A DNA stretch of 63,414 bases, counting the filler, from Reticulomyxa filosa (lineage: Eukaryota; Protista; Foraminifera): NCBI GenBank assembly GCA_000512085.1. It is 17 parts of 17 records of this genome, joined end to end, with 100 filler letters (N's around TTAATTAATTAA, not from the genome) between each part and the next. Parts side by side here need not be neighbours in the genome. Positions count along the whole stretch, not along the records: positions 37,084 to 41,994 come from ASPP01023697.1; positions 42,095 to 43,899 come from ASPP01009320.1; positions 44,000 to 47,754 come from ASPP01008667.1; positions 47,855 to 53,194 come from ASPP01025073.1; positions 53,295 to 55,999 come from ASPP01011082.1; 12 more parts are not named here. One strand, given 5' to 3'. The position numbers and the translations under genes were made by a program. This document shows, one piece after another, positions 41,011-54,083 of the stretch (positions are counted from its first letter, which is position 1; each line of letters opens with the position of its first letter). The notes beneath the pieces were generated by a model that worked only from the letters and a program-made list of their open reading frames with translations, was not told the origin of the DNA and made no database searches.

Positions 41011-41470
41011 TCTTTCGGATGTGTTTCTAACAGAAAATTTAAATTTTGCAAAACTTTTGAATCATCAACACTGAGTCACTCGAACAGTAATTCTCTGTTA
41101 GATGTATGGAGAGCAACCCCCTTTTAACACGTTTTCCCTTGCCACGTTTGAATGACGTCATGTTTACCACTTCGTAAGCTTACGTTTTCACCAAATGCGC
41201 ATGTGGTCTTGAGTGGTGTCACTTATTATTACTTTTGCTGTAACATCGCAAACAATTTTTGCCCGACGTTTGATATATTTTAAGCTCAAAACAAATGTCA
41301 CAATTTTTAAAACGAAATACGCATTTCTTGATCCAAAAGTAAGGATTATTATAAATTTTTGCATTATAAACGCAAAAACAAAGCAATAAGGAATAAAAGA
41401 AAGGATGAATATGTAATTAAAAAGTTACTGACCCCTCTTTGAAAATTTGTTGAGCATAATATATTGATAA
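41010..41470. promoter_or_regulatory. Putative bidirectional promoter with palindromic bZIP-like sites
   Basis: Lies between head-to-head genes. TGAGTCA 41072-41078, ATGACGTCAT 41152-41161, CGTAAGCTTACG 41173-41184, ATGCGCAT 41195-41202. Confidence 0.4.
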
Positions 41471-41948
41471 TGTCGATATCAGACATATATGAAATTGATG
41501 TAACTTTGATTGAACGAGCAACCGATTTACAACATCGGCAATTGAAAGTAGCTTGCGAGAGGAATGAGAAGGTGTCTTCCCTGCGACAAAAACTGCAAAG
41601 ACAATTTCCGGATCGAAGCAACAAAATAGCGATAGCATTTAAAGGCAGGGTATTGCCGGACGACATGACATTGGAAGAATGTCAATTAGTGCCATCAAAA
41701 GTGGTAGGAACGAATCCAAGAATCTTTGTGACATTTCTAAAGCACGAGCAATATAACGAAGTGCAAACGCGAGACGAAAAAGAAGAAGAGCGAAAGACGA
41801 TCAACACGTCATCAATGGAGCAGCAGTCACGTCCAGCATCAACATCAACACCAGCACCATCAACAGCACAAGAAGAAGAAAAGATGTGTCGATTGTGTTT
41901 CGGGAATGAACATGACTTCGAACTGGGCAGATTAATTTCACCCTGTAG
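41470..41948 (+). CDS. Ubiquitin-like domain + RING-CH (RINGv, MARCH-type) E3 ligase, first exon
   Basis: UBL segment KVSSLRQKL...IAIAFKGRVLPDDMTLEEC. RINGv start MCRLCFGNEHDFELGRLISPCR, then a GT donor. Confidence 0.8.
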
Positions 41949-42094
41949 GTACGCTTCAAACATTTATTGAGATAATAAAAGGATGCACCCTTTTNNNNNN
42001 NNNNNNNNNNNNNNNNNNNNNNNNNNNNNNNNNNNNNNTTAATTAATTAANNNNNNNNNNNNNNNNNNNNNNNNNNNNNNNNNNNNNNNNNNNN

Positions 42095-42134
<40 letters not shown>

Positions 42135-42189
42135 ACTTGTTCCTGAAAATATATATATTTTTCTATGTGTGAGAGAAAAAAAACATAAC

Positions 42190-43065
42190 AGTCCATTCGA
42201 ACAATGCCACCAATATCAGAATGAGCAGTTTCAGATTGGTTGTTATTGTCAGTATCAGTATTGTGATTGCGATTGTTATTGTTATTGTTATTGTTATTGT
42301 TGTTTTGGGATGCATTGCTAGGAGCCAATTGGACAGAGGGAGTAGTATGAATTCTTTTCATTGTGCTGTGTATGATTGTAGAAAACTGAGATGAAGTAAT
42401 ACAGTTGTCGTACAGATTCTTACCAATCAACTCCATACTTTGGTTGATGTCCGTTCGGTAATGTCTCTCCATTATGTCATTGTTCATTGCTTTCTGCGTC
42501 TCTGATGTTTTCTCTTCACACATTGTCGTGTCCCCATCACCATCTTATGCATTATTATTATTATTATTATTATTATCATTGTTATTAGTATATAATGTTG
42601 TCATTCAATTTGCCAAATAATCAAAAAAAAATCACACATTTTTTTTTTTAAAAAAAAAAGCACTTAACCCAATTGATTGACTGCTTTACAAACGGAGTAA
42701 ATGTGAGACGAAATGACCTTTTCAAAGTACTCTTTTTTGTAAAATTTCAACGCTCCCGAAGGCACAATGACCATTTTGTACTGATGCTTGTTCGCGTCGT
42801 GTTTGGCTGTCTTTGATCGCAGCTCGGATTGGGATAGATCATCATCTTTCGTTTGACTGTTTGTATGGCCCATGGATACCACTCCGAACACACAATGGTA
42901 CGACTGCACATCCGTGGCGTGCTTTGTCGCAAATGTTGACACCAGTTCCCGACTTTGTTTCAGTGGGATTTGCGCGTCGAATGACAACCACTTGCAGGTG
43001 ACAATCTTATTCTCTGCAAGTACTAGCTCTTCGATTTGTTCCAGCAGTTCCGTCGAATTGGACAT
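42190..43065 (-). CDS. POLD3: DNA polymerase delta subunit 3 (p66/Cdc27) N-terminal part
   Basis: LLEQIEELVLAENKIVTCKWLS...SYHCVFG...KMVIVP...SSHIYSV matches the POLD3 N-terminal domain. Confidence 0.8.
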
Positions 43066-43336
43066 TTTTGTTATACTATTGGCAGAAAATACAAAATACC
43101 CTTTTTTTTTTCCTCTCAAAAGTTGCTCTTGAAACTTTTTAACGTGTAGAAAAGGAAAGACGAGGAGAGACAAAAACGAACCAAAGTATTCGTTTCAAAT
43201 TATCTCGTTCAATTAGAATGGTCTTCTAAGTCAAAATGGCATGCGTGACATTAAATTGCTGTAATAAAAAAAAGGGGGGTGAAGTAAACTGGGTTAGTGA
43301 GGCACTCAGGATTAAAATTGAAAAAAAGATAGACTA

Positions 43337-43760
43337 ATGCTTTCACGCAATGTGTCTTCGCTTTCTATTACACGCAACGCCTTGACTCGTAAATGGACAA
43401 ATGTATTGACACAATCATCCGCACCCTACCTGGTGCGCCGTCAGAAAAGCCTGTCATCGACCGGTGGATCAGCCTCTAAAAATATACAACAAGAAAAAAG
43501 CTCCCTGGAAAAAGAGTTAAATGCCATTTGAAACATGTGGATAGACAAATGGACTTATTTAAAAATAAAAAAAAAAAAAATGTGCACAATTAAAAATGAC
43601 AAATCAATTGATTATGTTTGTGCCCAGACAATGGATAGAAGTATTTGACTGTTTGAAGAAGTATTACAAGAACACACTTCCTCCATTATTTCAGTCTATT
43701 AACAGTAATACAGTAGAAATTACTTTAAAAAATCTTGAAAAATGGGATATAGCGCAACAG
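43337..43760 (+). CDS. Hypothetical protein with mitochondrial-presequence-like N-terminus, partial
   Basis: MLSRNVSSLSITRNALTRKW is R/S-rich with no acidic residues. A second exon follows an AG near 43628. Confidence 0.45.
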
Positions 43761-44140
43761 GTTCTCACATTCCCCACGGAACGGAAGACTGAAAATAGTT
43801 TTGAATTTTTTATTTTTAAAAAGGGGGAGTTGTTAGAAAGATTCAGAAATTTTACTTTTTTTTTTTTTTTATTTTTTAAAAAAAAACAAAAGTGGTGAGN
43901 NNNNNNNNNNNNNNNNNNNNNNNNNNNNNNNNNNNNNNNNNNNTTAATTAATTAANNNNNNNNNNNNNNNNNNNNNNNNNNNNNNNNNNNNNNNNNNNNT
44001 CATAAGATATGTTTTAGGCGTTCAGTTTTCTTTGCAACATACTGTAGTTAAATAAATGATTGCCAACTTTTCAACTTTCATAAAATAATAAGACAATATC
44101 ACACATATTTAACAACAAAAAATTTTTAATGATTGTTTCT

Positions 44141-46293
44141 TTTCAATGAAAAAAAGTAATTATTCAAAATTGAACACCGTACGTGCTTGCAAGTTAGTTG
44201 AATATGAAAGGTTTTTAATAAAAACTTTGAAAACACGTAATTATACATTCATAAATAATCAAACACCATAAATTTGTTTTTAGTTTATAATGAAATTTTA
44301 ATGGGTATTATCTTCTTCAATTGTTATTTTTTGTTTTACTGCAAAGATAACTTTTTTCCAAGAAAAATTTTCACTTCTTTTTTATGAAAGGAAATTATTC
44401 AATGGGTTTTGAATTACAATTTGAAGTAATATTTAAAAAAACCAATAAAAGTAAATAAAGCCAAACCTTTAATTATTTAATACAACCAATGAAGCATTGA
44501 TAGTATTTTTTAAATCTAAAAATATTATCATTTATCATTATAAAGCATTTTATGTGAATTATAGACCTTTTTTTTTATTAAACAAAAAGAAAAATGAAAG
44601 ATTTGAGAATAATTGAAGAAATATTGATAATCAGTCAAAAAAATTTTTATACTAACTGTCTTTCTATGTTAGTTAGCATAGAAAATTTAGTTCACTTAAA
44701 CAAATTTTTTTATTGATGGAAAAATAAGACTATCCCCAAATTTGAATTGGATCATTGCTTGAACCATAACACAAATTAATACCACATCCAATATCCTTAT
44801 CGCTTTTTCTGTCCTTTTTTAATGGTTGAAATGTAAGACATGTTATTCCATTATATATTTTGCCATTTCCTTTAATTACATATAATTGATTTTTATTTGA
44901 TCGAATATCCCAAAAACGAATTGTATTGTCCCATGATCCAGAACATATCACATTTGAATTGCTGCCAACTTCAATATTGTTTACTACAAATGGCGAATAT
45001 TCAACACAACTTAAACTATTAGTATGCCCATTAAACACTTGAATTTGTTGACCAGATCGAATATCCCACAAACGAACACTTTTATCTTCCGATCCAGATA
45101 ATATTGTATTTGCCCCACCATTAACACCTAATTCATTTGATCCATATTTTACACTATGCACATAATTTTTATGTTTTTTGAAAATAATCAATTGTTTGGT
45201 TGTTTCAATATCCCATATGCGAATTGTTCGATCATCTGACCCAGAACAAATGGTATGACCATTACCACCAATATTATTACTTTTATTATTTGTGTTGTTA
45301 TTGCATTGCAATGGTGAAATATCCACACATGTGACAACATCTGTATGTCCATTGAAAACATGTAATGATTTAGATGTTTCAACATCCCATAAACGAACAG
45401 TATTGTCACCAGATCCAGAACACAAATATCGGCCATCATTAAATAATGAAAATGAAATGCAACCAATAAATTGTGTGTGTCCATTGAATACTTGCAATTG
45501 TTGATTATCTTTGATATCCCAAAAACGAATGGTTTGGTCATCTGATGAAGAACAAATGACACTCCGACAATTGTTATAATAATGATATTGTGAAAATTTC
45601 ACACAATATACCTCTCCTGAATGTCCGTTAAATGATTTAATTTGTTTGTTGGTCTCTACATCCCATACACGAACCGTTCTATCACCTGATCCAGAACAAA
45701 TGAATTGATCGTCACCAAATGCTGAGTAATCAATACTCCATACAGGGCTAGTGTGTCCAGTGAAAGTATTGAGTAATTTGGATGATGAACGAAATATCTC
45801 AAATATGAAGAAGTTGGCTGCCTGTATTAAATTGTGAATACAATAAGCAAATATCTGTGATTGAATAAAACAAAAGACAAATAAACTTAACATATTTAAT
45901 AACAAATCTGTCGAAATCTTGGATCCATCCTAATTTAATATTTAATACTCGAATCCAATGTTGAATAATTGTTTGTACTTGGTCCTCTTCTGACTGATTC
46001 AACTGCAAATACAAATCACAGACAATAAAAAACCTGAGATAACCAGATTCCGAAAAGTTTGAAAAAATCTTACCAATGATAGTTGCGTTGACATTTCTTT
46101 CTCAAATGATATAAGATGAAAAAATGGTTGAACTTTTTATCTCAAAATCATCAAGGCAACCAAAAAAAATTCTCGACGATACAAATTGAACAATGTATTA
46201 CCTTTTTTTCAATGGAAAAAAAATTGTTAAAAATTGAGTAAAGTATGTATCTTAGTTGAATATGAAAAATTTTTAACAAAAACTTTTAAAAAC
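44141..46293. repeat. Imperfect ~90-bp direct repeats (44141-44234 and 46207-46293) flanking the WD40 gene
   Basis: Exact TTAGTTGAATATGAAA at 44194 and 46252, with similar flanks on both sides. Confidence 0.7.
44730..46094 (-). CDS. WD40-repeat protein of a lineage-expanded family, 3 exons, apparently intact
   Basis: Repeated FNGH...ICSGSxDxTxRxWD units. N-terminal exon IIQHWIRVLNIKLGWIQDFDRFV. Confidence 0.92.
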
Positions 46294-47538
46294 AATCCAA
46301 AAAAATCAATACTCTATATTCAACTTGTACGTCCAGAGAATGTGTTGAGTAATTTAGATTTGTATTAAAATTATGCACACATTATTGTTGTTCAATTATA
46401 TTATCATAAATCATTTACCTACGGGCATTTTGTTTATCTCATTAACACTAAAATTGTTTCAAATCATGGACTCAGAGTAAGTTATTATATGCTTTGTCTC
46501 AAACAAATTTCTTTCTTTTTTTCATAATCCAAATTTGTGGGTTTGTTGAATTTGAAAAAAGAAAAGTCTAATTTTCTTTTACCTTTTTCTTTTTAATTTT
46601 TATCTTGTAATTCTTTGCTATTTGCATGTGCAAAAATGAAAATCATTTGATATTGATGTTAATATAATCTCAATCAATTCAGTTAATAGTTGATCTCAAT
46701 TGATAAAATAATGTGCACAATGATTATGATGATATGTTTTGAAAACAAAGATATTAAAAAAATATTATTCCAAGAATCCGTTTACATCTATGCCTTACGT
46801 TGTTATTGGACATATAACATTTTAATTTCACTTGTTGTAATCTAATAATTGAGTATAAATTGACAATGCATTTTCATAACACTTTTAATTTTTTTTTTGA
46901 AATGATCATTTTTATTAAAATAATTAATAACATTCTCTTTTAATGATCCAGTCTCAATTTATCCAATTGAATTTTCAAATTGCAATACAAAATAGGGATA
47001 TTAAAATTATCAGATCCCAATACATCACTGTACAATGCAAAAAAAACGAAAAGGATTGAATTTGTTTAAGATATCGTACAACCCTGTTTTTTTTAATTTC
47101 ACTAAAAAAGAACTTGTTTGCAAGCCTTAATACAAGGATTTTGTACGGACAAAAACTAAATATGAATACAATTTAAAGCTACACAAAGTGTAAATCATTT
47201 CAAGATCCTTAATAACAGATTTTACTGTCATTTTTTAAGAAAACAAGTTAATTCAAAAAGAAAGGCACAATATCCGTGTTTCCGATTCTTTCATTATTTC
47301 AAAAAGGACACAAACCCGTCACAAACAATGTTTGACAAATGGTATTACTTTTTACTGAAAATTCTCAATACAATAATTCAACCTTTCATGCATTTCAATT
47401 TTCATTACTCAAATAATGTGCAATTTTTTTGTTTCATTAACCAAATAAAAAATGTCAATGTAAAATATTTTTGTTTTCTCAAAAAGGGTCAGGTCACAGC
47501 CCCTTTTTCTAAAAAAAAACTTCCTAAATCTTAACAAC

Positions 47539-47754
47539 ATGGCCAAGCAAACTACAACACAAAACTCTCAAAAAAGAGAAACTGAACAAAATCAACAGAT
47601 TACTACCCACATTCAAACTTTGAAGGAGTTGCCCACTACACTTTCTCGTTCTCAATGTGTGCTACACAAACACGAACTCCTCATTTGTGGAGGTTGGAAA
47701 AAAAGAGCTTGTTATTCTTATCATACACTCAAAACGAATACAAGTTTATCTGTG
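47539..47754 (+). CDS. Kelch/beta-propeller-like expanded family member, 5' end only
   Basis: IQTLKELPTTLSRSQCVLHKHELLICGG..RACYSYHTLK. Confidence 0.7.
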
Positions 47755-48039
47755 NNNNNNNNNNNNNNNNNNNNNNNNNNNNNNNNNNNNNNNNNNNNTT
47801 AATTAATTAANNNNNNNNNNNNNNNNNNNNNNNNNNNNNNNNNNNNNNNNNNNNAATAGTATTATTATGTTGAAATTGGGGTGTTTCATCGAAACAATAG
47901 CACCACTTGTCATAAGTCGTGAACATTCCAAAAAGTAAGATTGGTTTGAATATCTTTTACAAACTCCACAAAAAAGAGTTTTGAAAGATAACAAAAAAAA
48001 AATGACTTGGATTAGCATATGCTTTCAAAAAAAAGCAAA

Positions 48040-48609
48040 TCAATAATTATAAACGTCTTCTTTGGCAAAAGAAATAGTCATTTTTTCAATCAAAACATCT
48101 TCACCAATGGTTTGTAAGAACTCTTGTTTGGTAAGTTTGCCAGTGGGATTTGGTTTGGTTTCATTTTTAGCAATAATATGTTTGGCAATATCTATCAATT
48201 GACTGTCAGAGATTTGTTTGCCTACCATATCTCGTAACAATGTACACAAATCATTAGTCGAGATTTCACCATCGTTGTCGATGTCATAACAGCGAAATGC
48301 TAAATTCAATTTTTCTTGTTTCGACGCCGATACGCTAAATGTCCATAACATTTTTACAAAGTCTCGGAAGTTTATTTGGTTGCGATCTTCGACATCAAAT
48401 AATTCGATTATTCGTTTGCATAATGGATTTAATGACAATTCAGGAATCAATTCTAAATCATTACTCGTTATAAAACCCATATGATTACGGTCCAAATGCT
48501 CAAATCGTTTATATAGCTTTTTTATTTCCGCTGCACTAAACTGTGAAATACTTTCATCTTTCAATTCTTCTATATCTTCTGGTGTCAAATTTGAGGTCGC
48601 TCCTCCCAT
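48040..48609 (-). CDS. Calcineurin B / CHP-like EF-hand protein (intronless, N-myristoylation motif)
   Basis: MGGATS; FSAAEIKKLYKRF..LD; IPELSLNPL..RII; EKLNLAFRCYDIDNDGEIS; KMTISF. Confidence 0.9.
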   Translation of the reverse strand: MGGATSNLTPEDIEELKDESISQFSAAEIKKLYKRFEHLDRNHMGFITSNDLELIPELSLNPLCKRIIELFDVEDRNQINFRDFVKMLWTFSVSASKQEKLNLAFRCYDIDNDGEISTNDLCTLLRDMVGKQISDSQLIDIAKHIIAKNETKPNPTGKLTKQEFLQTIGEDVLIEKMTISFAKEDVYNY

Positions 48610-49029
48610 CACTTATGATATTTGAATAAATGGGCTTTGCAGAAATAATCTATAAGCGCTCGATAATCTACTTACCAGTAGGCTTTTTTTTTTTTGGACT
48701 AGGCCCTTGATTCTTCGTTCTTATTGTTGGGTTCAGAATAATTTTGCTTCAAACAAAAATACCAAAATAGAAACTGTTTCACCAGAATCATCCATATTTC
48801 CAAAGGCAAAAAAATAAAAAAAATAGATCATATTCTTCGTTTGGCTGATGCTTCAACAAACTTGTCGTGGACCCCACTAGAAGTATACGCTGTCCAACTT
48901 TGACCTCTAATGCCGATCCAAAACCCGCCCATTGAAGCAAGAGACACAAATCATATCATATCATCTATTCTTGTCTCCACCGTTGAGGTAGTTATAAATC
49001 TAACTATGTCCTTGCTCCCTTACCCTATA

Positions 49030-49398
49030 TAAATTCTCATGTTTTAATAGAATTTTACACCATGGTGTGAACACTGCAAAATGTTTGCAAAAAGATGGAG
49101 CAGAGACATTTTTATTGAAAATTGACATTTCAGATAGTAGCAATCTTTCAACAAAATATTCTGTTCACAATTTGCCAACAATTAAATATTTCGTAAAATG
49201 GAGATTTGGAAAAAGCTCACAAGCCGGATGTCACAACTTTTTTTGTGCCCAACTCATAACCGTGTTTTAGTAGAATTTTACATCATGGTGTGCAGCGCCA
49301 AAGCGATGCAATTAGAATTTGAAAAAGTTGCAAAAAGACGGGTAGAGATATTTTTAGTGAAAATTGACATTCAGTCCATAAAGCCAGACACGTTTTAG
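49030..49398 (+). pseudogene. Thioredoxin/PDI-like pseudogene (two decayed Trx domains)
   Basis: VLIEFY.PWCEHCK...LKID...KYSVHNLPTIKYF and a second VLVEFY..WC...EFEKVAK..FLVKID, both frameshifted. Confidence 0.7.
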
Positions 49399-49677
49399 AA
49401 ATTAAACTTCGCTAAGTGATTAAGCAAAAAAAATTGTTATCACCATTTGATTGTACGATTTGATTTAAAAAAATCAGATACCGAATAATAGTGCAGCTTT
49501 ACCAGAGTTAAACTCCTTTCAATAAAATACAAAACGAAAGTTACAAGAATAACACCCAGAACAACTTAACACAACATTTGCACCCAAATATCCTTAATCT
49601 GGGTACAAAGCCATAAGTAAAATAAGAACAAGGTGCAGTCTCGTTTTTCTACAAAAAAATTAAAAGCTTAAAACTTT

Positions 49678-51217
<1,540 letters not shown>

Positions 51218-52061
51218 GTCGACTTGCTCTATATGAAATCAATAAAAAAGATTGGGAAAAAGACAAAACTTATAAAAGTAAAGTTTAAAAACGGGAAAAA
51301 GAACTTTTTGGGTTTAACAAGGTCAGTTCTAATACAAAATATACATTTTTTGTGCTAAATTTGGAAACAAGCTAAAGAGTGGACACTTTTCAAAATTTTA
51401 TGAAAATCCAAATACGTTTTTGGTACCACGTACCGGTGTTGTTAGACAGAAATGTAAAAAAAGTATTGTCCATAGTTAATTTCACTGCTTTATCTTGAAT
51501 TTAAGGCTCAATTTTACAATAAGAATACGAATTGTAAGTAGTGATAAGTATGTCACTTCTCTCTTTTTGTGCCATTGACTGGCGTTTCTATTTTTTGTCA
51601 ATAATATTCCATAGCAATTTGTGAGTTAGTAAATTTAATTATTGAGTAATATGTCTAAATCAAGTGTTGTGTTCAATTCAATTGTTTCATAAACCTCCTT
51701 GTTTTTTCACCAAAAAGTTTTTTTTTTTGGTGTCAAAGTATTTTCAGTCAAAAAACAGGGTTGTGCGAGCTAATAAAGAGTGAAATCTCAAATATGATGT
51801 TAGAACTAATGTAAAATAGTTTGACACAAAACATAACAAAAGGGGTTGGATTCCCCTCAAGTAAATGTATTATAAAACGTGAGAGGGTTGTTTTCACAAC
51901 TACAAAAAAAAAAACACCCTTGAAGAAAAGCAAGAATATAAAGTCTGGATATCATGATGTTCATATTTTCGAAGAAATTGCTAAAGCGGCATAAGAAATA
52001 AGGTGCATGTGTGTATATTGTTTTGGCGTTTTTGGTTTTTTTTTTTTTTTTGTGGAAGGTT

Positions 52062-53110
52062 TTATTTTCGGTCTGACTCCAAAACCGCCGGAGATAAAAC
52101 AGTGGAGCCAGTAGATGTGCGACCTTGGTAAACCACATCTGCTTCTTCGTTATCGTTGGGAGGGATCTCATTCATGGAGTTTTCACGGGACTGTGAGTTT
52201 GTCGACGTCTGTTTCCCTGTCTGTTTGATCCTCAAAACCTTTGTTCGATCGCTATTCAAAACTTTCAGCACCGGGACACCTAATTGTGTCTGAGTTCCAC
52301 TTGGCACTGGGCTGTGTTTTCTTCCCAAAATGGGGCGCGAAACTAGTTTCGAGTCATTAATCAGCACAAAAATAATAACACCCTCTTAACTTTAAAATAT
52401 ATATACATATATATATGTATATATATGTATATAAATGTATATGTGTATTGTATATTAACCAGGTCCTCCACTGTGACTTTGACTTGTGCTAATACTCGGA
52501 CGAGTGATCGGCTCGGAGGAAGTGAGACGTTGTAATTTCTCGTTTGGATTGTCTTTGCGTTCGAACTGCGATTGTGTCGTGGACTCATATACTTCAGAGC
52601 CGCGATTGCCTCCGTTTCCATTGACGTCTTGTCCTTTTGTGTTGCCTTTTGGCTCGTCGTTGTTGTTGTTGTTGTTGTTACCATCTTCTTTGCCCTCTTC
52701 GATTTCCACGGCAGAATTTTCGCTGTGTCCATAAGGCTGGATCACGGCTCTTCTTGCCGTCTTTGCCTTTGCTTTGGCTTTGGAGCTCGACTTGGACGTG
52801 GCCTTTGACGACGAGAGCGTGGGCTTGGAGAGAGGATTGGCCGACACGGGGTTGCCTGCAGTTGGCGGTTTTTTGGGGGAAAACGCCAACGCCTCCATGA
52901 AATGTGCAAACCGCGCTTTTTGGTTGTTCCCGTTTGTCTCATTCGACGCTTTGTTGTAATACGTTATGCACAAAGGACACCCTATCGCACATACCACGAT
53001 CACTATTATCACCACTACAATGGCTATCGTCATATTCATTCCTAGTTTCACCTGCGACGTGCCTTTGCCCACGTTACCTTTCCCACCGTCCTTTTTCAAT
53101 GTCGGAGACA
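52062..53110 (-). CDS. Single-pass membrane protein, TM and cytoplasmic tail exons (5' truncated)
   Basis: TM IAIVVVIIVIVVCAIGCPLCITYY followed by a low-complexity tail. Intron ~52360-52458. Confidence 0.6.
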
Positions 53111-53350
53111 TACATGCACAATATATGTACATATATGTATATATGTATATTATATATATATAATATATATATAATATATATATAATATATATATNNNNNN
53201 NNNNNNNNNNNNNNNNNNNNNNNNNNNNNNNNNNNNNNTTAATTAATTAANNNNNNNNNNNNNNNNNNNNNNNNNNNNNNNNNNNNNNNNNNNNATATAC
53301 ATATATATACATATATGTATGTGTATAACATTGTCGTCTTACGGAAAAAG

Positions 53351-54045
53351 GTGCGAGCTACGTAAAAATCTCCAATCGCAACTTTATGGTATACAAGACC
53401 TGTTACAAGCTGTGGTCCGTGTGTGCCGAACAAGGAGCCCAGGGTACTCGTCTGCAATGTGTGAGTAACGCAGTGACTGCAACCAACCCAAGCAATGGAC
53501 AAAACGCTTTGAATGACGTCCTACGTAGCAGTTTAGAACAAGACTAATGAGAACAAAAAAAAAAAATTGACACAATATATACATATATATATATATACAT
53601 ATATATATATGTATATATTGTGTCAATTTTTTTGTTTGTTTGTAATCAACGTTCTAGCGATATGGTCGCCCGTGACCAGCAGCACGAATATTCCGGATCG
53701 CTGTTGGCAGCCTTATGACCAGTATGTGAAGCTAGACATGCAATCGAGTTCGTTTGGACTGATCCGACTCGGGATAGCAAAGTACAGTGGATGGAGCAGC
53801 CGATCGTGGCAGTCGAGCGACTTGAAGCCCGGACAATACTTTGCGGTGTCGTTTACCAACGACTCGACCAGCGAGGTGCAGAGCTGGCAGTACTGGTACG
53901 CGGATTTTGCAAATTCCTCGTCGTTCGTCCAAGACACGGCATCCCCTGCTAACTTCACCTTTCCTTACATCGTTATCAATCCGTTGTTTTTGGCAAGAGA
54001 TGTTGATCCTTATCCACAAGGTAAATGAATAAATTAAATAAATGA

Positions 54046-54083
<38 letters not shown>

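Noticed and set aside
53110-53350. Joining the TM gene at 52062-53110 with the gene at 53351-55947
   Set aside because: They are separated by a linker, on opposite strands, and each has its own TM and tail. The adjacency is artificial.
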